Shown piece by piece: positions 7,818 to 16,211 of a DNA stretch of 32,000 nucleotides. Source of the stretch: an uncultured Alphaproteobacteria bacterium (lineage in GTDB: Bacteria > Pseudomonadota > Alphaproteobacteria > Rs-D84); assembly GCA_963931495.1 (NCBI GenBank), contig OZ007020.1:510001-542000 (forward strand), in the 5' to 3' direction. Below the pieces are notes generated by a model. That model was not told the origin of the DNA and made no database searches. It was given only the letters and a program-made list of their open reading frames with translations. Numbering within the stretch: position 1 is the first letter of the stretch; each line of letters begins with the position of its first letter. Both the position numbers and the translations under genes were made by a program.

Positions 7818-8490
7818 ATCGCTGTTTTGTTTTACGATTTATAAATGTGCCTTGGCTGGTCAGAATCCAGTCGCACATTTTTTTGTCCAGACAATCGTAC
7901 GCAGAAATTTGGCTGTATTCCGTACGTTGGTATTTTAATAATTCGCGCTTGGTTATATTTGTGTATTGCAGGTATGGCGCAAAAAAACTGTCGCGCATTT
8001 CTTTTTCATATTTTGCGGCCTTGTCAATTTCTATGGGTTTGGTTACAGAATAAACACTGCGACCATAATGAATCAGATTGTATGATTGTTCATACATGAT
8101 GCGAAATCCTGGGGTGCCTTGGACGGCAATCAGACTGGCGCATGATGATGCGTTACCGGTAATAAATGTGCGAATAATTGCGCCTTTGGCACGCGCCAGA
8201 TTTAATAATGACATGATGCTTTTATTGACAGACAGTTGGCCACCCGGTGAATCAATGCAAATGTCAATTACCTGGGGCACGTTCTTTGGCAGTGAATATG
8301 GGTTTGGGATTGGTCCCAGATTTATTCCGATTGCTTCTGGGCGCCAATGCAGTTCATCAACCATATTGCTGATGTTACCGATTAATTCAGCGCATGTTTC
8401 TGTATCAATGCTGTCCAGCAAAAATATCTTTCTGCCGGAAATATAATTTGCAGACTTTAATGTGTTTATTATTTTTGCACCGTCAGGCAT
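7816..8490 (-). CDS. Divergent ClpP-like (S14/ClpP-crotonase fold) serine protease, orphan
   Basis: IDSPGGQLSVNKSIMSLL resembles ClpP INSPGGSVTAG.AIYDTM. TGNASSCASLI resembles GQAASMGAFLL, with the Ser retained. NLIHYG resembles IMIHQP, with the His retained. A strong SD (AAGGAG) lies 8 nt before the ATG at 8490. Confidence 0.65.
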   Translation of the reverse strand: MPDGAKIINTLKSANYISGRKIFLLDSIDTETCAELIGNISNMVDELHWRPEAIGINLGPIPNPYSLPKNVPQVIDICIDSPGGQLSVNKSIMSLLNLARAKGAIIRTFITGNASSCASLIAVQGTPGFRIMYEQSYNLIHYGRSVYSVTKPIEIDKAAKYEKEMRDSFFAPYLQYTNITKRELLKYQRTEYSQISAYDCLDKKMCDWILTSQGTFINRKTKQR

Positions 8491-8619
8491 ACGAATAACT
8501 CCTTTGAATGACCTTGTGATACAAAAATGTTAATTTGTCAATGTTTTTATAAGTCTTGCCTTGGGAATAAAATGGGGGTATCATATGGCGCGTATGAATT
8601 TTTAACAGGGAAATGAAAA

Positions 8620-11600
8620 ATGGCAAATTTAATTGTTGATGGTAACTGGGCGGCGGCGGATGTTGCGTACAGATGTGTTGATTTTGCGGCAATTTATCCA
8701 ATTACCCCCAGCAGCACGATGGGTGAATTAGCGGATGAATGGTCTTTCCAGCATAAAAAAAATATATGGGGGGCAATTCCGCAAATAATTGAAATGCAAT
8801 CCGAAGGTGGGGCCGCCGGCGCAATGCACGGTGCGCTACAAATGGGCGCGTTGGCCACAACGTTTACAGCATCCCAGGGATTGTTACTGATGATTCCGAA
8901 TATGTACAAAATTGCTGGTGAACAAACACCATTTGTTATGCATGTCGCTGCGCGCGCATTGGCAACACATGCATTATCAATATTTGGTGATCACAGTGAT
9001 GTTATGTCTGTACGACAGACTGGATTTGCGCTGTTGTCCAGTCATAATGTGCAACAGGCACATGATATGGCGGCAATCGCACATGCGGCAACAATTCGGG
9101 CACGTGTTCCGTTCTTGCACTTCTTTGATGGATTCCGCACCAGTCACGAAGAATCAAGACTGGATCGGGTAACGGATGATGTTTTACGTGAAATGTTGCC
9201 GGATGATTTAGTGCTGAAAAATCGCGCGCGCGGAATGACGCCAGATAAGCCGACAGTACGTGGCACAGCGCAAAATCCAGATGTGTTTTTCCAAAGTCGC
9301 GAGGCCGCAAATCCACTGTATGCAAAAACACCGGAAATCGTTCAAGAATGTATGGATAAATTCGCAGAACTGACCGGGCGCAAATATAACTTGGTGGATT
9401 ATGTTGGTGATCCGAATGCCGAAAATGTTATTGTCGCCATGGGCAGTGCGTGCGAAACAATTGAAGAAACAATGGCGCATTTGCCGGCTGGATTGGGGGT
9501 GTTAAAGATTCACTTGTATCGGCCGTTCCCACGGGATGCGTTTTTGGCGGCGTTGCCAAAAAGTGTAAAGCGCATTGCGGTATTGGACAGATGTAAAGAA
9601 CCAGGCGCATTGGGTGAACCATTGTACCAAGATGTAAAAACGGTTGTTGGCGATTCGGTTGCTGTGTATGGTGGGCGATATGGTTTGGGGTCCAAAGAAT
9701 TCAAACCGCGTGATGTCAAAGCGGTATACGAAAACTTGATGCGTGGTACGTTGCACCATAATTTTACAGTTGGTATAGAAGACGATTTATCGGAACTGTC
9801 GCTGAAAACAGATCCGGCATTTGCCATAGAAGATCCGAATTTCAAAACGGCGATTTTGTACGGAATCGGGTCAGATGGAACCGTGGGCGCGGTAAAGAAT
9901 ATTGTGAAGATTGTTGGTGAAAATTCTGATTTGTACCCACAATCGTACGCGGTTTATGATTCTAAGAAATCTGGGGGATTGACGGCGTCGCATATCAGAT
10001 TTTCTGATGCGCCGATAAAAAGCCAATATTTGGTTGAAGTGGCGGACTTTATCAGTGTGTCAAACTTTATGATTGCGCAACGTTTTGATGTATTTCGTGG
10101 TTTGCGTCCGGGTGGAACTGTTATGATTAACACGTCGCTGGAACCAGATGTTGCGTTTGCAAATCTGCCACGTGATACCCAAGAACATTTAATGCGTTTG
10201 CATGCGCGGGTATTCTTTCTGAATGCAAATGCGGCCGCAGCAGAACTGGGGTTGGGCAACAGAATTAATACGTTTATTATGTTAAATTTCTTTAATTTAA
10301 CACATGTAATTGAACCATCAGTTGCCGCAGAAAGTGCAAAAATCGCAATTGAAAAAACATATAAAAAGAAAGGCATGAATGTCGTAGAGGCAAATTGGGC
10401 CGCAGTGGACAAGGCTGCGGACTATTTGCACGAGTATATATTGCCGTCATCTGTATCAAATTTTGCGCCGGATTTTATTCCCGCAATGACATCAGATGCG
10501 CCGGCCGAAATTGCAGGCACATTGGGCGAGATGGCGGCGCAGCGTGGCGATGCATTGCCGGTGTCGCGTTTCCGTGTTGATGGATTGTTTGGCGCCGGGC
10601 AATATCCAGTTGGGACATCAAAATATGAAAAGCGGGCAATATCTGAACGGGTCGCAACTGTTGATTTGGAAAAGTGTATCCAGTGCGGAAAATGTTCGGC
10701 ATTGTGTCCACATGCGGCGATTCGTATCAAGGTGATGACCCCAGAACAAGCCGACCAGGCGCGCGCAGATGGTGTAATTGTTGTTCCGATGAAAACACCA
10801 GAACTGGGGCCGGATATGTATTATACGTTGAATATTTCACCGGCGGATTGCACTGGGTGCAATATATGTGTTACAAACTGTCCGGTTCATGCATTGTCAA
10901 TGATGGCGTTAAAAGATGCCGGGGATCAACAGCGTGCGTTTGATGCCGCGCAAAAAATTCATGATATTCCGCGCGAAAAATTGAACCTGAATATACCAAA
11001 GCATGTTGAATTATTGCCACACTATTTTGAATTCCCGGGCGCATGTGCGGGATGTGGTGAAACGCCGTATATCAAAATGATGTCACATTTGTTCGGTGAC
11101 AGAATGATTGTCGCAAATGCAACAGGCTGTTCATCAATATATGGTGCGAATTTGCCGACAACGCCATGGACATCTGATGCCAATGGGCGTGGACCGGCGT
11201 GGTCTAATTCGTTGTTTGAAGATAATGCGGAATATGGATTAGGAATGCGAATCGCGTTGAATCAAAAGCGTGATACGCTGAAAGGATTATTGTTTGAATT
11301 AAATATTCCGAATGTTGAAGAAATGTTCGCAGAACGCGACCCAGACAAGCAACGCAAAATAGAAGAAAATTTGCGCGCGCAACTGGATAAAATTGATTCG
11401 CCACGCGCGGCGTTGGCGCGCAGTTTGGTCGGCGAAATCGTTGACAAGTCTGTATGGATTATCGGTGGCGATGGATGGGCATATGATATTGGGTATGGTG
11501 GATTGGACCATGTTTTACACAGTGGGGAAAATGTAAATATATTGGTTCTGGATACCGAAGGGTATTCAAATACTGGTGGTCAACAATCCAAAGCAACCCC

Positions 11601-12126
11601 GTTCGGCGCCAGTATGAAATTCGCAATCGGTGGCAAAGAACACGCCAAAAAAGATTTGGGTATGATTGCCATGATGTCGGGGGCATACGTTGCGCAAATT
11701 GCGTTGGGGGCAAATACCCCCCAGGCGATTCGTGCATTTCGTGAAGCCGAAGCGTTCCCAGGACCGTCAATAATCTTGGCATATGCACCGTGTATTGCGC
11801 ACGGGTTCGCGTTGCAAAATGCCGTGGAACACGAAACACAAATGGTAAATACTGGTGCGTGGCCGTTATATCGGTTTGACCCGTCGTTGATTATTGATGG
11901 ACACAGTCCGCTGACGATGGATTCAAATGTGGACAATCCGACGCCACTGGAAGATTTCTTGAAAACAGAAAGTCGTTTTGGTGCAGCGCGTGCGGCAAAT
12001 CCGCATTTTGACCGATTGGTTGAAGAAGCCACGGAAAATAACCATTATCGCAGCGAATTAAAGAAGTATATTGCACACTTTGCGATGAAAAATTCGCCCG
12101 AGGTTAAAGAAAACGGCGAAGGCTGA
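8620..12126 (+). CDS. nifJ: Pyruvate:ferredoxin (flavodoxin) oxidoreductase, single-polypeptide PFOR (1168 aa)
   Basis: Length and domain order fit PFOR. Two ferredoxin-type clusters are present (CIQCGKCSALCP, CTGCNICVTNCP), plus CAGCGETPY and the TPP-binding GGDGWAYDIGYGGLDH. Confidence 0.95.
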   Translation: MANLIVDGNWAAADVAYRCVDFAAIYPITPSSTMGELADEWSFQHKKNIWGAIPQIIEMQSEGGAAGAMHGALQMGALATTFTASQGLLLMIPNMYKIAGEQTPFVMHVAARALATHALSIFGDHSDVMSVRQTGFALLSSHNVQQAHDMAAIAHAATIRARVPFLHFFDGFRTSHEESRLDRVTDDVLREMLPDDLVLKNRARGMTPDKPTVRGTAQNPDVFFQSREAANPLYAKTPEIVQECMDKFAELTGRKYNLVDYVGDPNAENVIVAMGSACETIEETMAHLPAGLGVLKIHLYRPFPRDAFLAALPKSVKRIAVLDRCKEPGALGEPLYQDVKTVVGDSVAVYGGRYGLGSKEFKPRDVKAVYENLMRGTLHHNFTVGIEDDLSELSLKTDPAFAIEDPNFKTAILYGIGSDGTVGAVKNIVKIVGENSDLYPQSYAVYDSKKSGGLTASHIRFSDAPIKSQYLVEVADFISVSNFMIAQRFDVFRGLRPGGTVMINTSLEPDVAFANLPRDTQEHLMRLHARVFFLNANAAAAELGLGNRINTFIMLNFFNLTHVIEPSVAAESAKIAIEKTYKKKGMNVVEANWAAVDKAADYLHEYILPSSVSNFAPDFIPAMTSDAPAEIAGTLGEMAAQRGDALPVSRFRVDGLFGAGQYPVGTSKYEKRAISERVATVDLEKCIQCGKCSALCPHAAIRIKVMTPEQADQARADGVIVVPMKTPELGPDMYYTLNISPADCTGCNICVTNCPVHALSMMALKDAGDQQRAFDAAQKIHDIPREKLNLNIPKHVELLPHYFEFPGACAGCGETPYIKMMSHLFGDRMIVANATGCSSIYGANLPTTPWTSDANGRGPAWSNSLFEDNAEYGLGMRIALNQKRDTLKGLLFELNIPNVEEMFAERDPDKQRKIEENLRAQLDKIDSPRAALARSLVGEIVDKSVWIIGGDGWAYDIGYGGLDHVLHSGENVNILVLDTEGYSNTGGQQSKATPFGASMKFAIGGKEHAKKDLGMIAMMSGAYVAQIALGANTPQAIRAFREAEAFPGPSIILAYAPCIAHGFALQNAVEHETQMVNTGAWPLYRFDPSLIIDGHSPLTMDSNVDNPTPLEDFLKTESRFGAARAANPHFDRLVEEATENNHYRSELKKYIAHFAMKNSPEVKENGEG

Positions 12127-12156
12127 AAAAGCGGGGCGTATGCCCCGTTTGTTTTT
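12127..12156 (+). terminator. Rho-independent terminator after PFOR
   Basis: Stem 12130-12137 / 12142-12149 (agcggggc / gccccgtt, one G-U pair), loop gtat, then a T-rich tail. Confidence 0.7.
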
Positions 12157-12244
12157 ATGCAAATATTGTTATCGGTTGGGTGGGGCGGGCGATGAACTGT
12201 TTTTTCTGTTGCATCGTGGGCGCTGTGTGGTGTACATTTGGGGT

Positions 12245-12676
12245 ATGAAAAAATTATTGATGTTTTTTATTGTCGCTGTCTTGGGCGCATGCACGTTCCA
12301 GGTCAAACATCGCGGATATGTTTTTCCGCCTGATTTGGAAACAGTGGTTGCGGATATTAAAACAACAACGCAATTGCAAAATGAAATTGGATCGCCCCAG
12401 GTTAAAACAATATACGGTGATGAGGTCTGGATTTACTACGGGGCCGATGAAAATTATCGTGGACCGTTGCCATTGAAATATGATAATCGTACAGTGCTGT
12501 TGGCGTGGGTTGATGGGGCGCGCGTGACAGATATTCGGATTCTGTATGATGATGATTTGCCGGATATTATTATTTCCGAAGATGAAACAGAAATTCCAGC
12601 CGCGATTGAATTAAATGCGTTACAGGAATTGTTTAATAATGTTGGGCGCTTTTCGCCAGCGGGGCTGGGGCAATAA
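12245..12676 (+). CDS. bamE: BamE (SmpA/OmlA) outer-membrane lipoprotein
   Basis: MKKLLMFFIVAVLGAC carries a lipobox. The mature N-terminus HRGYVFPPDLETVVADIKTTTQLQNEIGSPQ...EVWIYY resembles the BamE core. The ORF-track start at 12140 is an extension. Confidence 0.7.
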   Translation: MKKLLMFFIVAVLGACTFQVKHRGYVFPPDLETVVADIKTTTQLQNEIGSPQVKTIYGDEVWIYYGADENYRGPLPLKYDNRTVLLAWVDGARVTDIRILYDDDLPDIIISEDETEIPAAIELNALQELFNNVGRFSPAGLGQ

Positions 12677-12680
12677 TTGA

Positions 12681-12707
12681 AAATGCGGTGTGCAGCCGCA
12701 TTTTTTT
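12681..12707 (+). terminator. Rho-independent terminator after bamE
   Basis: Stem aatgcgg (12682-12688) / ccgcatt (12696-12702), followed by T7. Confidence 0.65.
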
Positions 12708-12769
12708 GTTAAAAGTCGTTTGCAAAAGATGTCTGAAATGTGTAAAATATGTATAAAAGAGAATATGTC

Positions 12770-13333
12770 ATGAAAAAAATTATGTTTCATTATTTTATGC
12801 TGATTGGTGTCTTTCTGGGGGCGACGGGTGCGATGGCGGCCGAAGAAAAATTTTCATGTGGGCCGGGGTATGTTCTGGTGTCGCACAGTGATGTTGATGA
12901 TATTGATGCCGCGGAATGTCAAAAACTGTGGTGTCGGGATTTAGAAACAGGTGATGTCATGGGCAGTGGCGATTCCCCAAAGGCTGGATATCAATTAACC
13001 ACATATCCGAATGAACTGTGTGACGCAAATGGTACGTGCATAGAGTGCTTTGGTGACCGCGTTTGGTGCAAGGGCGAAGCCCCAGGAATATGGAACCCGG
13101 AATATGGCGCATATACGTACAACGGTTCTGATGATGGAACGCGTACATCATATCGCGATGGTGGATGTTTTATGTGGCGTGTTCCAGAAGAAGAAAAAAT
13201 AACGTGCCCAGATGGGCAAGTTGCTATGAAAAACAGTGCTGGTGAATGGGTTTGCGCGGCACCGACATCTGGAAATATTGTTGGCGACCGGGGATCAACA
13301 ATTCGTCGCCCGGCGACAATATTGCGACGCTGA
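12770..13333 (+). CDS. Secreted cysteine-rich protein of unknown function
   Basis: Signal peptide MKKIMFHYFMLIGVFLGATGAMA/AEE. The mature part has 14 Cys, including CGPGYVLV and CPDGQVAMKNSAGEWVCAAP modules. Confidence 0.6.
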   Translation: MKKIMFHYFMLIGVFLGATGAMAAEEKFSCGPGYVLVSHSDVDDIDAAECQKLWCRDLETGDVMGSGDSPKAGYQLTTYPNELCDANGTCIECFGDRVWCKGEAPGIWNPEYGAYTYNGSDDGTRTSYRDGGCFMWRVPEEEKITCPDGQVAMKNSAGEWVCAAPTSGNIVGDRGSTIRRPATILRR

Positions 13334-13344
13334 TATGGAATATA

Positions 13345-13380
13345 AATCGCCTGGGGGAAAAACGGGCGATTTTATTTTTT
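13345..13380 (+). terminator. Probable intrinsic terminator
   Basis: Stem aatcgcc (13345-13351) / ggcgatt (13365-13371) with a 13-nt loop, followed by tttatttttt. Confidence 0.45.
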
Positions 13381-13390
13381 GGTCCAATTA

Positions 13391-13419
13391 TTTGTTTTTC
13401 TGGATTTTTGTGGTATAAT
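13391..13419 (+). promoter_or_regulatory. Extended -10 promoter candidate for carD
   Basis: TGgTATAAT at 13411-13419, with a weak -35 TTTGTT 17 nt upstream. Confidence 0.45.
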
Positions 13420-13465
13420 ACGGGGGATTAGAGAGAATGGCAACAGTATAAAGGTATCTTGAACT

Positions 13466-14035
13466 ATGCCAAGTAAAAAGTTAGATTTTAAAGCAGGTCA
13501 GTACGTTGTCTATCCAACCCAGGGTGTTGGAAAATTGGTCCGGGTGGAAGAGCAAACGGTTGGTGGACAGAAAATAAAAATGCTGGTGATTGATTTTGAA
13601 CGCAATCATATGACATTGCGTGTGCCAGTTGAACGGGCCGAAATTTCTGGGTTGCGTCCATTGACGTCGGTAAAAAAAATGGACGAAGCGATTGCGTCGG
13701 CCAAGGGCAAGGCGGGGGCAAAACGAATGATATGGGCACGTCGTGCCGCACAGTATGAAGAAAATATAAATTCTGGCGATCCAATGAAATTGGCCGAAGT
13801 GGTTCGTGATTTGCAGCGACGCAATCCGTCAGATACAATGACATTTTCGGCGCGCCAGTTGTATTTGCGTGCGCTGGAACGCATGGCCCAAGAATTTGCC
13901 GTGTTACACAAGATTGATTTGGATGCTGCGTCTGAAAAAATAGAAGATATTTTGGGGGTGCCCAAGGAAATAGATTTGAATGCGGTGGATTCTGATGACG
14001 AAGATGATGAAGATTTGTCTGATGATGATGAATAA
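13466..14035 (+). CDS. carD: CarD/CdnL-family RNA-polymerase-binding transcription regulator with an acidic C-terminal tail
   Basis: FKAGQYVVYPTQGVGKLVRVEEQTVGGQKIKMLVIDFERNHMTLRVPVERAEISGLRPL matches the CarD_CdnL_TRCF domain. The tail is DSDDEDDEDLSDDDE. Confidence 0.9.
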   Translation: MPSKKLDFKAGQYVVYPTQGVGKLVRVEEQTVGGQKIKMLVIDFERNHMTLRVPVERAEISGLRPLTSVKKMDEAIASAKGKAGAKRMIWARRAAQYEENINSGDPMKLAEVVRDLQRRNPSDTMTFSARQLYLRALERMAQEFAVLHKIDLDAASEKIEDILGVPKEIDLNAVDSDDEDDEDLSDDDE

Positions 14036-14061
14036 AAAATCCCGCAATCGCGGGATTTTTA
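14034..14061. terminator. Bidirectional terminator between convergent carD and lptB
   Basis: 8-bp stem aatcccgc (14038-14045) / gcgggatt (14050-14057), loop aatc, flanked by an A-run and a T-run. Confidence 0.65.
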
Positions 14062-14787
14062 CATCACAAAATTTTCACCAAGGTATACTTTTTTAACCAT
14101 TTCATCTTTGACAATTTCCGCGGTTGTTCCATGTTTTAATATTTTCCCGTCGTGTAACACATAACTGCGGTCGGTGATTCCCAATGTTTCGCGTACATTA
14201 TGGTCGGTTATAATGACGCCCAGTCCACGATTTTTTAATTGGGACACCAAATCACGTATTTCGTTTACCGCAATTGGGTCAATCCCAGCAAAAGGTTCGT
14301 CCAGCAAAATAAATTTCGGGTCGTTGGCCAATGCGCGCGCAATTTCAACACGACGACGTTCGCCCCCCGATAATGATGTTGCCGGACTGCGTCGCAGGGC
14401 GGATATTGAAAATTCATCAAGCAATGCGTCCAGTTTTTGTTTGCGTTTTTTCTTGCTGGGTTCCACAACTTCCAGAATTGCCATTATGTTTTGTTCCACC
14501 GTCAGACCGCGAAAAACGCTGTTTTCCTGGGGCAGATAGCCGATGTGCAGGCGTGCGCGTTGGTAAAATGGCAAGTGCGTTATATCCTGGGAATTCAAAA
14601 AGATTTGTCCCCCGGTTGCGGTTAATTGTCCGGTTATGCAATAAAATGCCGTCGTTTTGCCCGCACCGTTCGGCCCCAACAGACCAACAGATTCACCCTG
14701 GCGGGCGTACATGGATATGTCGCGCAGAACCATGCGTTTACCATACGATTTTGATAAATGTTCAATACGTAATACAGATTGTTTCAT
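14059..14787 (-). CDS. lptB: LPS export ABC transporter ATP-binding protein
   Basis: Walker A GPNGAGKTT, signature LSGGERRRVEIARAL, Walker B ILLDEPFAGIDP. Size is ~240 aa, with a 4-nt overlap with the upstream LptC-like gene. Confidence 0.9.
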   Translation of the reverse strand: MKQSVLRIEHLSKSYGKRMVLRDISMYARQGESVGLLGPNGAGKTTAFYCITGQLTATGGQIFLNSQDITHLPFYQRARLHIGYLPQENSVFRGLTVEQNIMAILEVVEPSKKKRKQKLDALLDEFSISALRRSPATSLSGGERRRVEIARALANDPKFILLDEPFAGIDPIAVNEIRDLVSQLKNRGLGVIITDHNVRETLGITDRSYVLHDGKILKHGTTAEIVKDEMVKKVYLGENFVM

Positions 14788-15284
14788 AATTTTATCACCA
14801 ATTCGTCTGTTAATACCCTGTCCCCATTGCTGGAATTTATACGCACATTATCCATCAATGTAATTGTCTTTGTGTTGCGGTTGTATTCACCGCGATCAGC
14901 CGTTATGTCATCTGTGACATATTGACCATCAGATTCGTGATTAATTGTCCCCGATACGTCGTCCAGAAATATTATTCCAGGATTTTCATATTCTTGGCGA
15001 CCAGTGGCGGCATATATTTTGAATGGTTGGCCGTTTTCGTCTGTGCCAGAAAATTTTGCATCGGACATTTTGAACTGGTTACTGACAATATCCGTCATGT
15101 TTATCGCAGATATCGGTGTCCACAATATCTGGCGCGTGAACAACGCGCCGGCAATTAATGCCGCAACCATAACCAGACCCCATCCAGTGAAAAAAAATTG
15201 CCACAGGCGTTTCCAACGTCTGTGTTTCATGAATATTATAAAACTTCGTTTATCGCGTTGCACGACGTCAGTGTAGCGCGGCAT
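14784..15284 (-). CDS. lptC: LptC-like protein (N-terminal membrane anchor plus small beta-jellyroll-sized domain)
   Basis: A single N-terminal TM segment (WQFFFTGWGLVMVAALIAGALF), ~110 periplasmic residues, and translational coupling (ATGA) to lptB. The assignment rests on context and architecture. An alternative start is at M19. Confidence 0.5.
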   Translation of the reverse strand: MPRYTDVVQRDKRSFIIFMKHRRWKRLWQFFFTGWGLVMVAALIAGALFTRQILWTPISAINMTDIVSNQFKMSDAKFSGTDENGQPFKIYAATGRQEYENPGIIFLDDVSGTINHESDGQYVTDDITADRGEYNRNTKTITLMDNVRINSSNGDRVLTDELVIKL

Positions 15285-15326
15285 AAAACAAAAAGCAATT
15301 TTTATATTTATTATAATATTTTTTTA

Positions 15327-15335
15327 TGCTATAAT
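15327..15335 (+). promoter_or_regulatory. Extended -10 element (TGcTATAAT)
   Basis: TGCTATAAT at 15327-15335. This favours the ATG at 15350 (preceded by AAGAGAG) over the ATG at 15338 as the start of the downstream gene. Confidence 0.35.
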
Positions 15336-15349
15336 TCATGGCAAGAGAG

Positions 15350-16129
15350 ATGAATAGATTTTTTACGTGCTTTGTCGGAATTGCGTTCGGTGCGATGTGT
15401 GTCGTGCCGGTCGGTGCGGTTACTATTACCAAGGCGGCACCAGTTGCAGAACAAGAATCATCGGCGGCGTCTGGGGCGTCCAGTTTGGTGCCAACGGTGT
15501 TGGGACTGGTTGGCGGGGTTCAGCAATTAACAGCACAACAGAAAGAATTGGATGCACAGTGTGTCCCCAGTAATCAGGAAATTACATTTGTAAATAATAT
15601 CATGAAAGAATGGGCAAAAACAGGCGCAATGAGTGCCGAAGATGTTAAGCGCAGATTGGGGCGCAGCCCTTGCACATCCACCAGTTATAATACCCAGGTA
15701 ATGTTATATGCATCAACAGGACAAATGGATATCTGTTATGATACATTTAATGACGGCGGCATGATTTGGGATGGGTATCCCAAGGTTGGTTATGCGACGT
15801 ATTGTGAAGATGGGGCATTGCAGTGCAGTAATAAAAAAACAATGTCTGATATATATGAAATATTTAATCTGATTGATTTTACGGATGCGGATTATAACAG
15901 CAGTGAACTGACAATGGCGGCCCGTTTGATGAATAAAATAGAACAGTGCTCAACCGCGCGTTTAAGTGCCAAAAAACGTGAATTGTGGGGCGAATTCTTG
16001 GTTGATACGGTCAGCAGTCTGGGACAGCCAACAAATACCGGTACAATTATGGAACAAGTCAGTGCGATTTCTGGTGGCGGTGCGTTGGGAACAATCGGCA
16101 GTTTTGCAACGTCACTGCTGGCGAATTAA
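15350..16129 (+). CDS. Secreted protein of unknown function with a Gly-rich hydrophobic C-terminus
   Basis: Signal peptide MNRFFTCFVGIAFGAMCVVPVGA, six mature-region Cys, and the C-terminal segment SGGGALGTIGSFATSLLAN. Confidence 0.55.
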   Translation: MNRFFTCFVGIAFGAMCVVPVGAVTITKAAPVAEQESSAASGASSLVPTVLGLVGGVQQLTAQQKELDAQCVPSNQEITFVNNIMKEWAKTGAMSAEDVKRRLGRSPCTSTSYNTQVMLYASTGQMDICYDTFNDGGMIWDGYPKVGYATYCEDGALQCSNKKTMSDIYEIFNLIDFTDADYNSSELTMAARLMNKIEQCSTARLSAKKRELWGEFLVDTVSSLGQPTNTGTIMEQVSAISGGGALGTIGSFATSLLAN

Positions 16130-16211
16130 GGGTGTTGGTGCAGGTGATTTTTATACTTTACTAATATTGCTGAAAATCGTATAATAACAGTAATTATGGA
16201 AAGGAATCTTT

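Noticed and set aside
7816-8490. Calling this gene the housekeeping clpP
   Set aside because: It has no tig/clpX/lon context and carries a ~20-aa insertion before the SPGG motif. The Asp-equivalent region is divergent, so it is reported as ClpP-like only, with no gene symbol.
9954-10412. Antisense and alternative-frame ORFs inside the PFOR gene (for example 9954-10412, 11580-12032)
   Set aside because: They are embedded in an 1168-codon CDS with multiple diagnostic cofactor motifs, and they have no independent signals.
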